DNA of 28,064 nucleotides from Crocosphaera sp. GTDB taxonomy: Bacteria; Cyanobacteriota; Cyanobacteriia; Cyanobacteriales; Microcystaceae. The notes beneath the pieces are model-generated. The model did no database searches and had not been told where the DNA came from. It worked only from the letters and a program-made list of their open reading frames with translations. Both the position numbers and the translations under genes were made by a program. Below, piece by piece: positions 16,475 to 23,844 of the stretch (position 1 is its first letter; every line of letters starts with the position of its first letter). The stretch lies in the NCBI GenBank assembly GCA_030065735.1, contig JASJDD010000016.1:1-28064 (forward strand), read 5' to 3'.

Positions 16475-17668
16475 TTACGAATTGACATAAACTCGTCCTT
16501 TCCAACCGCCTCCTTTTCCGCGCCAATGTCGCCAAGCTGAGTCTAGGGTCATTAAACCATATAAAAGACCAATCAGAGGTAAACTTAATCCCCAGACAGG
16601 AGAACATCGATACAATTTTAAAGTAGGAAGATAGGAAATAGTCATTAATAACCAGGTAATTCCACCCACAATAGTAATAACTGAATTATGAATAATTAAT
16701 CCTATCATCAAACTAATAGGGGCGACTAAATAAACCAACGTTAATCCTAATAAAGTTCCTATTAATAATAATGGGGAATAATTTAACTGTGTATAAGCCG
16801 TTCTAGCGACCATATTCCAAATTGAGTCTAAGCTATCATAAGGTCGTAAACTAACAGTTTTTTCACTCAACCCTAACCAAATTCCTTGCTCTATATTTTG
16901 TCGATTTTCTTGTAATTTTGCTTTGACTGCTGCTGCTAAGGAACAATCATCAATTAAAGCTTGTTTAACCACTTCTATACCACCAATTTCTTCTAAAATT
17001 TGACGACGAATTAAGATACAACCTCCTGCTGCTGCTGCCATTTTATTGTGAGGGTTATTCACCCAAGAAAAGGGATAAAGTTTTTCAAAGAAAAAGACAA
17101 AAGCAGGGATTAAAAATTGTTCCCAAAAACTGTCGCATCTTAACTTAACCATGAGAGAAGTTAGGGCTAAGTTTTCTGTTTCTGCTTGATTAACTAATTC
17201 TTGTAAATTGCTATTATGATGTTCAATATCAGCATCGGTTAACAGTAAATAATCAGGCTTATTTTCGAGCTTTTCAGCTTGTTCAATTCCCTGTTTCATT
17301 GCCCATAATTTTCCTGACCAACCTGCTGCTAAGGGTTGTCCTGAAATAACTTGTAACTGTTGAGATTTTTGGCAATTTTTGGCAATTTCTTGCGCTACAT
17401 TTCCCGTATTATCATCGCTTTGATCATCCACCAAAATAAGGGAAAAATTACCTGGATAGTCTTGATTTAAAAGAGACTTTAAACTAATGGGTAAAACATC
17501 TGCTTCATTGCGAGCAGGAATAACAGCACAAACAGAAGGATATTGATCTAAGGGTTGAAGATGGCTATTAATTCGTTGATTGCTTAACCAAAACCAGCCT
17601 CGAAATAGTAATAAATAAATCCAAATAATTAAGGATAAACTAACAATTATTATTAAAAAATTCACCAT
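16475..17668 (-). CDS. Integral-membrane glycosyltransferase family 2 (possibly HpnB-like)
   Basis: The protein has an N-terminal TM, then VIPARNE, LVDDQSDDNTG, GWSGKLWAM, LLTDADIEH and four or more C-terminal TM helices. The W-S-G-K-L-W-A motif and overall topology resemble the hopene-associated HpnB family as I recall it, but no hopanoid genes are adjacent. Confidence 0.75.
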   Translation of the reverse strand: MVNFLIIIVSLSLIIWIYLLLFRGWFWLSNQRINSHLQPLDQYPSVCAVIPARNEADVLPISLKSLLNQDYPGNFSLILVDDQSDDNTGNVAQEIAKNCQKSQQLQVISGQPLAAGWSGKLWAMKQGIEQAEKLENKPDYLLLTDADIEHHNSNLQELVNQAETENLALTSLMVKLRCDSFWEQFLIPAFVFFFEKLYPFSWVNNPHNKMAAAAGGCILIRRQILEEIGGIEVVKQALIDDCSLAAAVKAKLQENRQNIEQGIWLGLSEKTVSLRPYDSLDSIWNMVARTAYTQLNYSPLLLIGTLLGLTLVYLVAPISLMIGLIIHNSVITIVGGITWLLMTISYLPTLKLYRCSPVWGLSLPLIGLLYGLMTLDSAWRHWRGKGGGWKGRVYVNS

Positions 17669-17802
17669 AATTACACTCTCTCACTATTCTGAATAATATA
17701 ACTTAAATTTATACAAAATTCTAATTGCTTAGAATAACTTAACAGAATTAATTATAAAATAGTGGTAACAAAAGAATAGAGATTAGAATCACAATTTTTC
17801 TT

Positions 17803-17893
<91 letters not shown>

Positions 17894-17925
17894 CTATCTT
17901 GTATTTTAACTTTATTTTCACCTAC

Positions 17926-18738
17926 CTACTTAATAATTAACTGTGCTTGTTCATTAAAACAGCGACGATAAACTCCTTCTGTTACCAAAATAGATGTTAA
18001 GATATTGGTTAACATAATCATAAATAAAATTAAAATTTGATAGGAAGCAGCATTTAAAGGATCACTGCCTCCTAATACTTGTCCAGTAAACATTCCCGGC
18101 AAACTAACCATCCCTACCACCATCATTTGATTTAGGGTAGGAATTAAACTAACCCGAATCGCTTCTTTCCGATAATTGGCGATCGCCTCTTTGGGAGTAG
18201 CCCCTAGACATAAATAGGTTTCTACCTCAAGTTGGTTATGAGAAATGGCGTTAATGAGACGTTCTCCCGATAAAGAAGCACTATTCATCGCATTTCCCAG
18301 GATCATGCCCGCTAACGGGATTAAATACTGGGGAGAATACCAGGTTTGGGGTTGGATAATTAAAGCGAGGGCATAACTCAGGGTTAAGCCACTACTCACT
18401 AACAAAGATACCCAAACCAAAGGAAAAAAGCCCTTTCCCTTGTAAGGAATGCGGTTTCGGGTAACTTGGGCAGCAATGGTCAACATCACCCCTAAAATAA
18501 GCAGAACAGGGAGAGGATGGTTTAATTCAAAGATAGCAGCAATGACATAACCGACTGCTAAGAGTTGAAGAAGCGATCGCCCTGTGGCTAATAGGAGTTG
18601 TCCCTCTAAGCCTAACCGTTGCCAGTTGGACAAAACTACAGCAATGGCCATGATACCCAAAGACCATCCTAAATCTAACAAATCCAGTTCAATTGCGCCA
18701 TCCAATGGATAATTCTCCCAAGTCCTTATCGAGATCAT
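17926..18738 (-). CDS. fetB: FetB/YbbM-family (UPF0014) ABC-type iron-export permease
   Basis: The protein is collinear with E. coli FetB as I recall it: GRSLLQLLAVGYVI, IPLAGMILGNAM, LGATPKEA, ALIPT-type IPTLNQMMVVGMVSLPGMFTGQ and YQI. Confidence 0.75.
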   Translation of the reverse strand: MISIRTWENYPLDGAIELDLLDLGWSLGIMAIAVVLSNWQRLGLEGQLLLATGRSLLQLLAVGYVIAAIFELNHPLPVLLILGVMLTIAAQVTRNRIPYKGKGFFPLVWVSLLVSSGLTLSYALALIIQPQTWYSPQYLIPLAGMILGNAMNSASLSGERLINAISHNQLEVETYLCLGATPKEAIANYRKEAIRVSLIPTLNQMMVVGMVSLPGMFTGQVLGGSDPLNAASYQILILFMIMLTNILTSILVTEGVYRRCFNEQAQLIIK

Positions 18739-18812
18739 AGGGTCTAAAACCTCGCTTTTTAAAGACGTTCGGCGAAGCTCAGTCGAGCCGCGAAAAGTTT
18801 TTGGGGGGAGGC

Positions 18813-18914
18813 TTAAATCCTCGTCACAAAAACAACTTCTGTGCGATAGCGCCGGAACGCAGTGAGGAACTTCTGACTTCGTTAACAGACCCCGCCGTTA
18901 ACGACGAGGTTTAA
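18813..18914. mobile_element. MITE-like unit: imperfect terminal inverted repeats enclosing one copy of the 34-nt repeat
   Basis: TTAAATCCTCGTC (18813-18825) pairs with GACGAGGTTTAA (18903-18914), 12 matching positions with one 1-nt indel. The interior carries the 34-nt unit plus tail (18841-18887). There is no coding capacity. Confidence 0.35.
18834..18887 (+). repeat. Third copy of the 34-nt dispersed repeat (with tail)
   Basis: Positions 18841-18887 match 16288-16334 at 45 of 47 positions. The copy is preceded by AACTTCT (18834-18840), which is the 3' end of a repeat unit. Confidence 0.85.
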
Positions 18915-18917
18915 TTA

Positions 18918-19502
18918 CTACGCACCAAAGTAAGGAGGTTCATTACCTGCTTTCCATTTGATGTTACAGCCAATACTGGGTTTTTGCTGAGTATCAACGG
19001 TTCTATCCCGTAAAACCTCTTCTATGGCTGCTTTTAAGTCTTTTCCGGTGACAGGAACATCATTTCCAGGACGACTATCATCAAATTGGCCGCGATAAAC
19101 TAAAGTATTATCAGCATCAAATAAGAAGAAATCGGGAGTACAAGCAGCGGTATAAGCTTTAGCAACCTCTTGACTTTCATCGTAACAAAAAGGGAAATTA
19201 AAGCCCAATGTTTTTGCCATTTCTTTCATTTTGTCGGGGGCATCGTCGGGGTGTGTGGTAATATCATTCGCACTAATAGCTACAATACCTAAGCCTTTAT
19301 CTACGTATTCTTTTCCTAATGCTGCTAGGGCATCTTGAAGATGTTTAACAAAAGGACAATGAACACAAATAAACATTACCAATAAAGCTTTTTGATCAGC
19401 AAAGCTATTGAGAGAAATTTTGTTACCAGATACCACATCTTCTAAGGAAAAGTCTGGGGCTTTGGTTCCCAACGGTAACATGGTAGAAAGGGTTTTAACC
19501 AT
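18918..19502 (-). CDS. Thioredoxin-fold redoxin (AhpC/TSA-like, CxxC)
   Basis: GTKAPDFSLEDV near the N-terminus is typical of the AhpC/TSA/redoxin family. The active-site-like motif is CVHCPFVKH. The protein is 194 aa with no signal peptide. Confidence 0.7.
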   Translation of the reverse strand: MVKTLSTMLPLGTKAPDFSLEDVVSGNKISLNSFADQKALLVMFICVHCPFVKHLQDALAALGKEYVDKGLGIVAISANDITTHPDDAPDKMKEMAKTLGFNFPFCYDESQEVAKAYTAACTPDFFLFDADNTLVYRGQFDDSRPGNDVPVTGKDLKAAIEEVLRDRTVDTQQKPSIGCNIKWKAGNEPPYFGA

Positions 19503-19585
19503 GATAAGAACTCCTAGTGAATTATCTACAATTTAAGACAATTATTCATTGTGATTACAGTTATCTTCAATTATACCTGTTCTCG

Positions 19586-20671
19586 TTATAGTTGTTTTAA
19601 CAATTGATCAACCTTTTTAATTCCTTCTGTATTTTCATATTCTTGATAAAGTTTTTTAGCGTAATTTAGTGCTTTTTTAGCTTCTTTATTTCTATCTCTT
19701 TCTTTAAAAGCCATACCTAAATAGTAATAAGGTTCAGGATTTTGGGGAATAATCTCGATTAAATCCTTATAAGTAATAATCGCTCCTAAATAATCTTTTT
19801 GCGCTAATTGAATCCTGCCTACTCCCGCATAAGCTTCTGGGAGTTTTCTGTTAAAAAAAGAGACACGACGATAAATTTGGAGAGCTTCATCTAGATTATC
19901 TTGAACCTCATAAACACGAGCAATTTTTAATTGAATTTTAATGTTTCTAGGATCGATTCTTTCTGCTCTTTTTAATTGTTCATTACCTAGTTGTAGTTGG
20001 CCTTTTTGTAAATAAGCCGTCGCGAATAATAATCTTAAGTCTACATCACGGGGAAAGCGTTGAACAGCATTTCCTAAATATTGTAAAGCTTGATCCAGTT
20101 GTTTTTGTTGTAGCAAAGACGATCCCATAATAGCAAATGCTTCAGGATTATTAGGATCAAGGGCAATCACTCTTTTGTAAGCTTCTGCAGCCCCTTCATA
20201 ATCTTCTTGACGGAGTAAAACGACTCCTAAACCAATATAACTTTTAATAAATTCAGGGTTAAGTTGAATGGCATAATAATAGGCCGAAGCTGCATTGCGA
20301 TTATCTCCTGTATTGGCTAAACTATCCCCTAAAGCATAATAAAAATCAGCGTTACTTGAATCAATAGAAAGGGCTTTTTGATAGTATTTTACCGCAGCTG
20401 GGTAGTTACCTTGTTGACTGTGTAGATAGGCAATTCCTGAAAAAATTTTCGCGTTATCATTATCTAAACTCGCTGCTTGTTCATAAAGAGCGATCGCCCT
20501 TTGATAATTTCCTTTATCGACATAATCTCTGCCTCGACGTAATAAGTCATCTAATTGTTCCTTATTAGAAGTTTGTGACAACAGTATAGGAATATCAGCA
20601 GAAGCAATAACTGGGGTAATACTACTACCTAATATCAGGGTTGTGAGTAAAGAAAGAGTAAGTTTAGAAAT
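19586..20671 (-). CDS. Secreted TPR-repeat protein
   Basis: ORF track 19586-20737 starts at TTG. The ATG at 20671 gives MISKLTLSLLTTLILGSSITPVIASA-D, a Sec signal with an A-x-A site. Eight or more TPR units follow (repeated Y-x-x-A-x-x-x-Y-x-x-A-L-x-x-D-P-x-N patterns). Confidence 0.8.
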   Translation of the reverse strand: MSKLTLSLLTTLILGSSITPVIASADIPILLSQTSNKEQLDDLLRRGRDYVDKGNYQRAIALYEQAASLDNDNAKIFSGIAYLHSQQGNYPAAVKYYQKALSIDSSNADFYYALGDSLANTGDNRNAASAYYYAIQLNPEFIKSYIGLGVVLLRQEDYEGAAEAYKRVIALDPNNPEAFAIMGSSLLQQKQLDQALQYLGNAVQRFPRDVDLRLLFATAYLQKGQLQLGNEQLKRAERIDPRNIKIQLKIARVYEVQDNLDEALQIYRRVSFFNRKLPEAYAGVGRIQLAQKDYLGAIITYKDLIEIIPQNPEPYYYLGMAFKERDRNKEAKKALNYAKKLYQEYENTEGIKKVDQLLKQL

Positions 20672-20767
20672 CATCGCTTTTATCAAAGAGTAATAAAAAA
20701 AGGCTTGAACGATCAAACCTTCGAATATTATAAGCAAAAAGACCCTGTCGTTAACAACAGAGTTTCA

Positions 20768-21172
20768 CTAAATGCCTCGTTTAATGGCGACTTCTGCTTG
20801 CTTAAATTCTTGTTTTAGACGTTTTTTCAACTTTTCGGGGATAGGACGACTCCCATAAGAAGTATAGTAACCGGCAAGGGCATTTAATGCTGTTTGCATA
20901 GTAGTAAAGGAACGAAGTCCCCCAGATTTATCATTGCGTCGATAGCGAGAAATATAATCATTAATTTGTTCTTTGGCTAAAGACTGAATTTCTTGTTTAT
21001 TGTCAGCGTCATTGGGTAAATCAATGGCTGTGGTTAAGGTTTCGATCACTTTTAAGGTATCTTGGCTATAATTCCCAGAAAGTCCAGCAGAACTATTACC
21101 ACACCCTGTTAAAGCGACAACAGCTACCAAAACTAGGGCTAGAATACGAGATAAGGCAGATTTGAAAAACAT
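20768..21172 (-). CDS. psb27: Photosystem II assembly lipoprotein Psb27
   Basis: There is a lipobox, LTGC. The protein is near-collinear with Synechocystis Psb27 as I recall it (GNYSQDTL-VI-TL...INDYISRYRR...FTTMQTALN-LAGYYTSYG-RPIPEKLKKRL). Confidence 0.9.
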   Translation of the reverse strand: MFFKSALSRILALVLVAVVALTGCGNSSAGLSGNYSQDTLKVIETLTTAIDLPNDADNKQEIQSLAKEQINDYISRYRRNDKSGGLRSFTTMQTALNALAGYYTSYGSRPIPEKLKKRLKQEFKQAEVAIKRGI

Positions 21173-21241
21173 AAGTTGTTAATACAATTACATAATTCTA
21201 GATTTTCCCTATCCTATCCTAGAAGGGGTAACTGAGTGAAG

Positions 21242-21324
21242 CCCTAGTCAGTTATCGGTGATCAGTTGTCAGTGATTAGCTAAATTTATTGATCATTGTT
21301 CACTGTTCACTGATAACTGTCTTC
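21242..21324. repeat. Two opposed degenerate heptamer clusters (CAGTTAT type and TGATAAC type)
   Basis: Positions 21242-21276 read CCCTAGT CAGTTAT CGGTGAT CAGTTGT CAGTGAT. Positions 21290-21324 read TGATCAT TGTTCAC TGTTCAC TGATAAC TGTCTTC. The outer ends CAGTTATC and GATAACTG are exact reverse complements, so the pair can form a long imperfect hairpin. Confidence 0.6.
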
Positions 21325-23108
21325 TCAGATGTCCACCTCAAGTCTTCAGGGAATTCAGGAATCGAATTAAGTAGATTTTTTGTATATTCTTCTTGAGGAT
21401 TATTAATAATTTTTTCTGCATCTCCCATTTCAACAATTTCCCCTTGATTCATTACTAGAATGCGATCGCTCATAAATCTGACTACACTCAAATCATGGGA
21501 GATAAAAATACAGGTCAATTTTAACTTTTCTTGTAAATCTTTTAACAGGTTCAAAACTTGTGCTTGTACAGACACATCTAAAGCAGAAACTGACTCGTCA
21601 CAAATCAAAAAACGAGGATTTAAGGCTAAAGCGCGAGCAATACAAACCCGTTGTCTTTGCCCTCCGGAAAATTCATGAGGATAACGATTATAACTATCTG
21701 TAGGTAAGCCAACTAAAGTTAATAAGGCTTCAACAATCTCTTTTCTTTTCTTGCTATTGGGTTGGGTCTTATGAATAATCATCGGTTCAGCAATAGCTTG
21801 TCCTACTGTTAGTCTTGGGTTGAGAGAATTATAGGGATTTTGGAATACAATTTGCATATTTTTTCTAAGATTTCGCAACCACTTGTTACTCATAGATTTC
21901 TTAGAAATTTCGTAAGTTTCAAAGGAAACCTTGCCGTTTGCTGCTGGAATTAGTCTCAAAATTGTCCTGGCTAAAGTTGATTTTCCACAACCAGATTCTC
22001 CAACTAATCCTAATGTTTCCCCTGCATAAACCTGAAAGCTAATGTTATTAACTGCTTTAAATTTATTTGGTTTTAATCCCCAAAAAACTGATTTTCCAAA
22101 CTCGACGCTTAACTTTTCTACTGATAACAAAACTTTATTTTCTTCTGCTTCCTGAGTTCTAGATTGCATTTCATTATGAGGAATGATTTTATAAATTAAA
22201 TCACTTTCTTTAGATAATTCAAGGTCTTTCTTCTCTTCCAAAAAATCAGCAACAGTAGGTAGCTTATCTACTTTAATATGCAGAGGAGGACGGCAAGCTA
22301 ATAATCCTTTTGTGTAAGGTTCTTGAGGAGAATAAAGAATTTGTTTTTTTGTTCCTTTTTCAACCACTTTTCCTTGATACATGACTAATATATTATCAGC
22401 TACTTCATTAATAACGCCCAAGTCATGGGAAATAAAAATCATAGCAATATTATTGTCTTTGCAAAGACCTCTTAATAACTCTAAAATACCTTTTTGAACC
22501 GTAACATCTAAAGCAGTTGTGGGTTCATCGGCGATTAAAATTTTAGGGTTACAAGAGATAGCCATCGCAATCATAACCCGTTGTAATTGTCCTCCAGACA
22601 GTTCATGAGGATAGCGTTTTAAATAGGTCGTTGCTTGTTTATCGGGACAGGTTTGCTTTAAAACTTTTACATCTTTTAATAACTTAATGGCTTCTTGATT
22701 AGCTTCTTCTTGAGTTACCTTCTGATGAAGTTTGATAGCTTCAGTTAATTGATATCCTATGGTATAAACAGGGTTAAAAGCACTCATGGGTTCTTGGAAA
22801 ATCATGGCAATTTCTTGACCACGACATTTTGTCCATTCTGAGTCTTCTAATCTCGTTAACTCAATATGAGCTTCTGGATCTTGATAATATTTAATACTAC
22901 TTTCTTGAGCAATTTTACCAGGGTTTTGAATTAACCCCATAATCGCTAAAGAAGTCACAGATTTCCCCGATCCTGACTCTCCAACAATTCCTAAAATTTC
23001 CCCTCTTTTGAGTTGAAAATTGATATTATCTACTGCCACCTTCTTTGGTTTTCCTTGTAAGGGGAATTCAATACGGAGATTAGATACATCAAGAACAAGA
23101 TCACTCAT
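21300..23108 (-). CDS. Dual-NBD ABC transporter ATP-binding protein (Dpp/Opp-type, GsiA/YejF-like)
   Basis: There are two complete ATPase cassettes. Walker A motifs are GESGSGKS and GESGCGKS. Signature motifs are LSGGQLQR and FSGGQRQR. Walker B motifs are ILIADEPTTALD and FLICDESVSALD. No permease or binding-protein gene is adjacent. Confidence 0.9.
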   Translation of the reverse strand: MSDLVLDVSNLRIEFPLQGKPKKVAVDNINFQLKRGEILGIVGESGSGKSVTSLAIMGLIQNPGKIAQESSIKYYQDPEAHIELTRLEDSEWTKCRGQEIAMIFQEPMSAFNPVYTIGYQLTEAIKLHQKVTQEEANQEAIKLLKDVKVLKQTCPDKQATTYLKRYPHELSGGQLQRVMIAMAISCNPKILIADEPTTALDVTVQKGILELLRGLCKDNNIAMIFISHDLGVINEVADNILVMYQGKVVEKGTKKQILYSPQEPYTKGLLACRPPLHIKVDKLPTVADFLEEKKDLELSKESDLIYKIIPHNEMQSRTQEAEENKVLLSVEKLSVEFGKSVFWGLKPNKFKAVNNISFQVYAGETLGLVGESGCGKSTLARTILRLIPAANGKVSFETYEISKKSMSNKWLRNLRKNMQIVFQNPYNSLNPRLTVGQAIAEPMIIHKTQPNSKKRKEIVEALLTLVGLPTDSYNRYPHEFSGGQRQRVCIARALALNPRFLICDESVSALDVSVQAQVLNLLKDLQEKLKLTCIFISHDLSVVRFMSDRILVMNQGEIVEMGDAEKIINNPQEEYTKNLLNSIPEFPEDLRWTSEKTVISEQ

Positions 23109-23275
23109 AACCCTATACTATTAGAATTTTAAACAGATTTTAACTGATTTTTTTGACTTTGACAAAGATTTTACCAGCGTTGTATCAGGTATGACTCTTC
23201 AAATTGTGTTTAATTACAGCAATATCTAGTAAAATACGAGAAGAGAAATGATGGAGTTTTTTGGGAATTAGATCA

Positions 23276-23680
23276 ATGACAGAAAGAGAGTTTCAAACGA
23301 TTATTGAGAAATTAGACATCCTAGAAAGAAATGATCACCTTCTAGCAGAAAAATTAGAATTGTATTCAGAAAAATTAGATTTATATAAACAGGTATCTGA
23401 TGAAAAAATAGCTCAGATGCAGCAAGCAATGTTACAAATGCAGCAATCTTCTAATGAAAAAATAGCTCAAATGCAGCAATCTTCTAATGAAAAAATAGCC
23501 CAAATGCAGCAATCCCTTGAACAATCGCAAAAAACATCTGATGCTCAAATTAATGCTATCAGAAATGAAATTAAAGCTTATCAAGACGCTAATAAACAAC
23601 AATTAAATGTCTCATTAGGTGTATTAGTAACTGCTGCTGTGGCTATTTTAGTTAGTGTTATTCTCAGTATGACTAATTAA
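23276..23680 (+). CDS. Tail-anchored coiled-coil protein with internal EKIAQMQQ repeats
   Basis: ORF track 23261-23680 starts at TTG, and an ATG lies at 23276. The sequence is heptad-rich and glutamine-rich. (S)SNEKIAQMQQ occurs three times, and there is one C-terminal TM helix (LGVLVTAAVAILVSVILS). Confidence 0.55.
   Translation: MTEREFQTIIEKLDILERNDHLLAEKLELYSEKLDLYKQVSDEKIAQMQQAMLQMQQSSNEKIAQMQQSSNEKIAQMQQSLEQSQKTSDAQINAIRNEIKAYQDANKQQLNVSLGVLVTAAVAILVSVILSMTN
23447..23512 (+). repeat. In-frame 33-nt tandem repeat (2 full copies plus a partial upstream copy)
   Basis: Positions 23447-23479 and 23480-23512 (TCTTCTAATGAAAAAATAGC[T/C]CAAATGCAGCAA) differ at one base. A partial copy GATGAAAAAATAGCTCAGATGCAGCAA begins near 23399. 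Confidence 0.9.
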
Positions 23681-23690
23681 ACCATCTTAT

Positions 23691-23748
23691 TGATAACTAA
23701 AAAAACCGATAACTGATGAGTGATAACTGATAACTGACAACTGATTAA
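23691..23748. repeat. Heptamer array of the TGATAAC family
   Basis: An isolated TGATAAC lies at 23691-23697. It is followed by six contiguous units at 23707-23748: CGATAAC TGATGAG TGATAAC TGATAAC TGACAAC TGATTAA. Confidence 0.7.
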
Positions 23749-23844
23749 AAGAATCTTACCCTTTCCATAAGTAACTTAAAGTCACATTATTCAAGAAGCG
23801 TGTCACAATATAAACAAAAATGGAAATATTATACGGAGAGAGAT

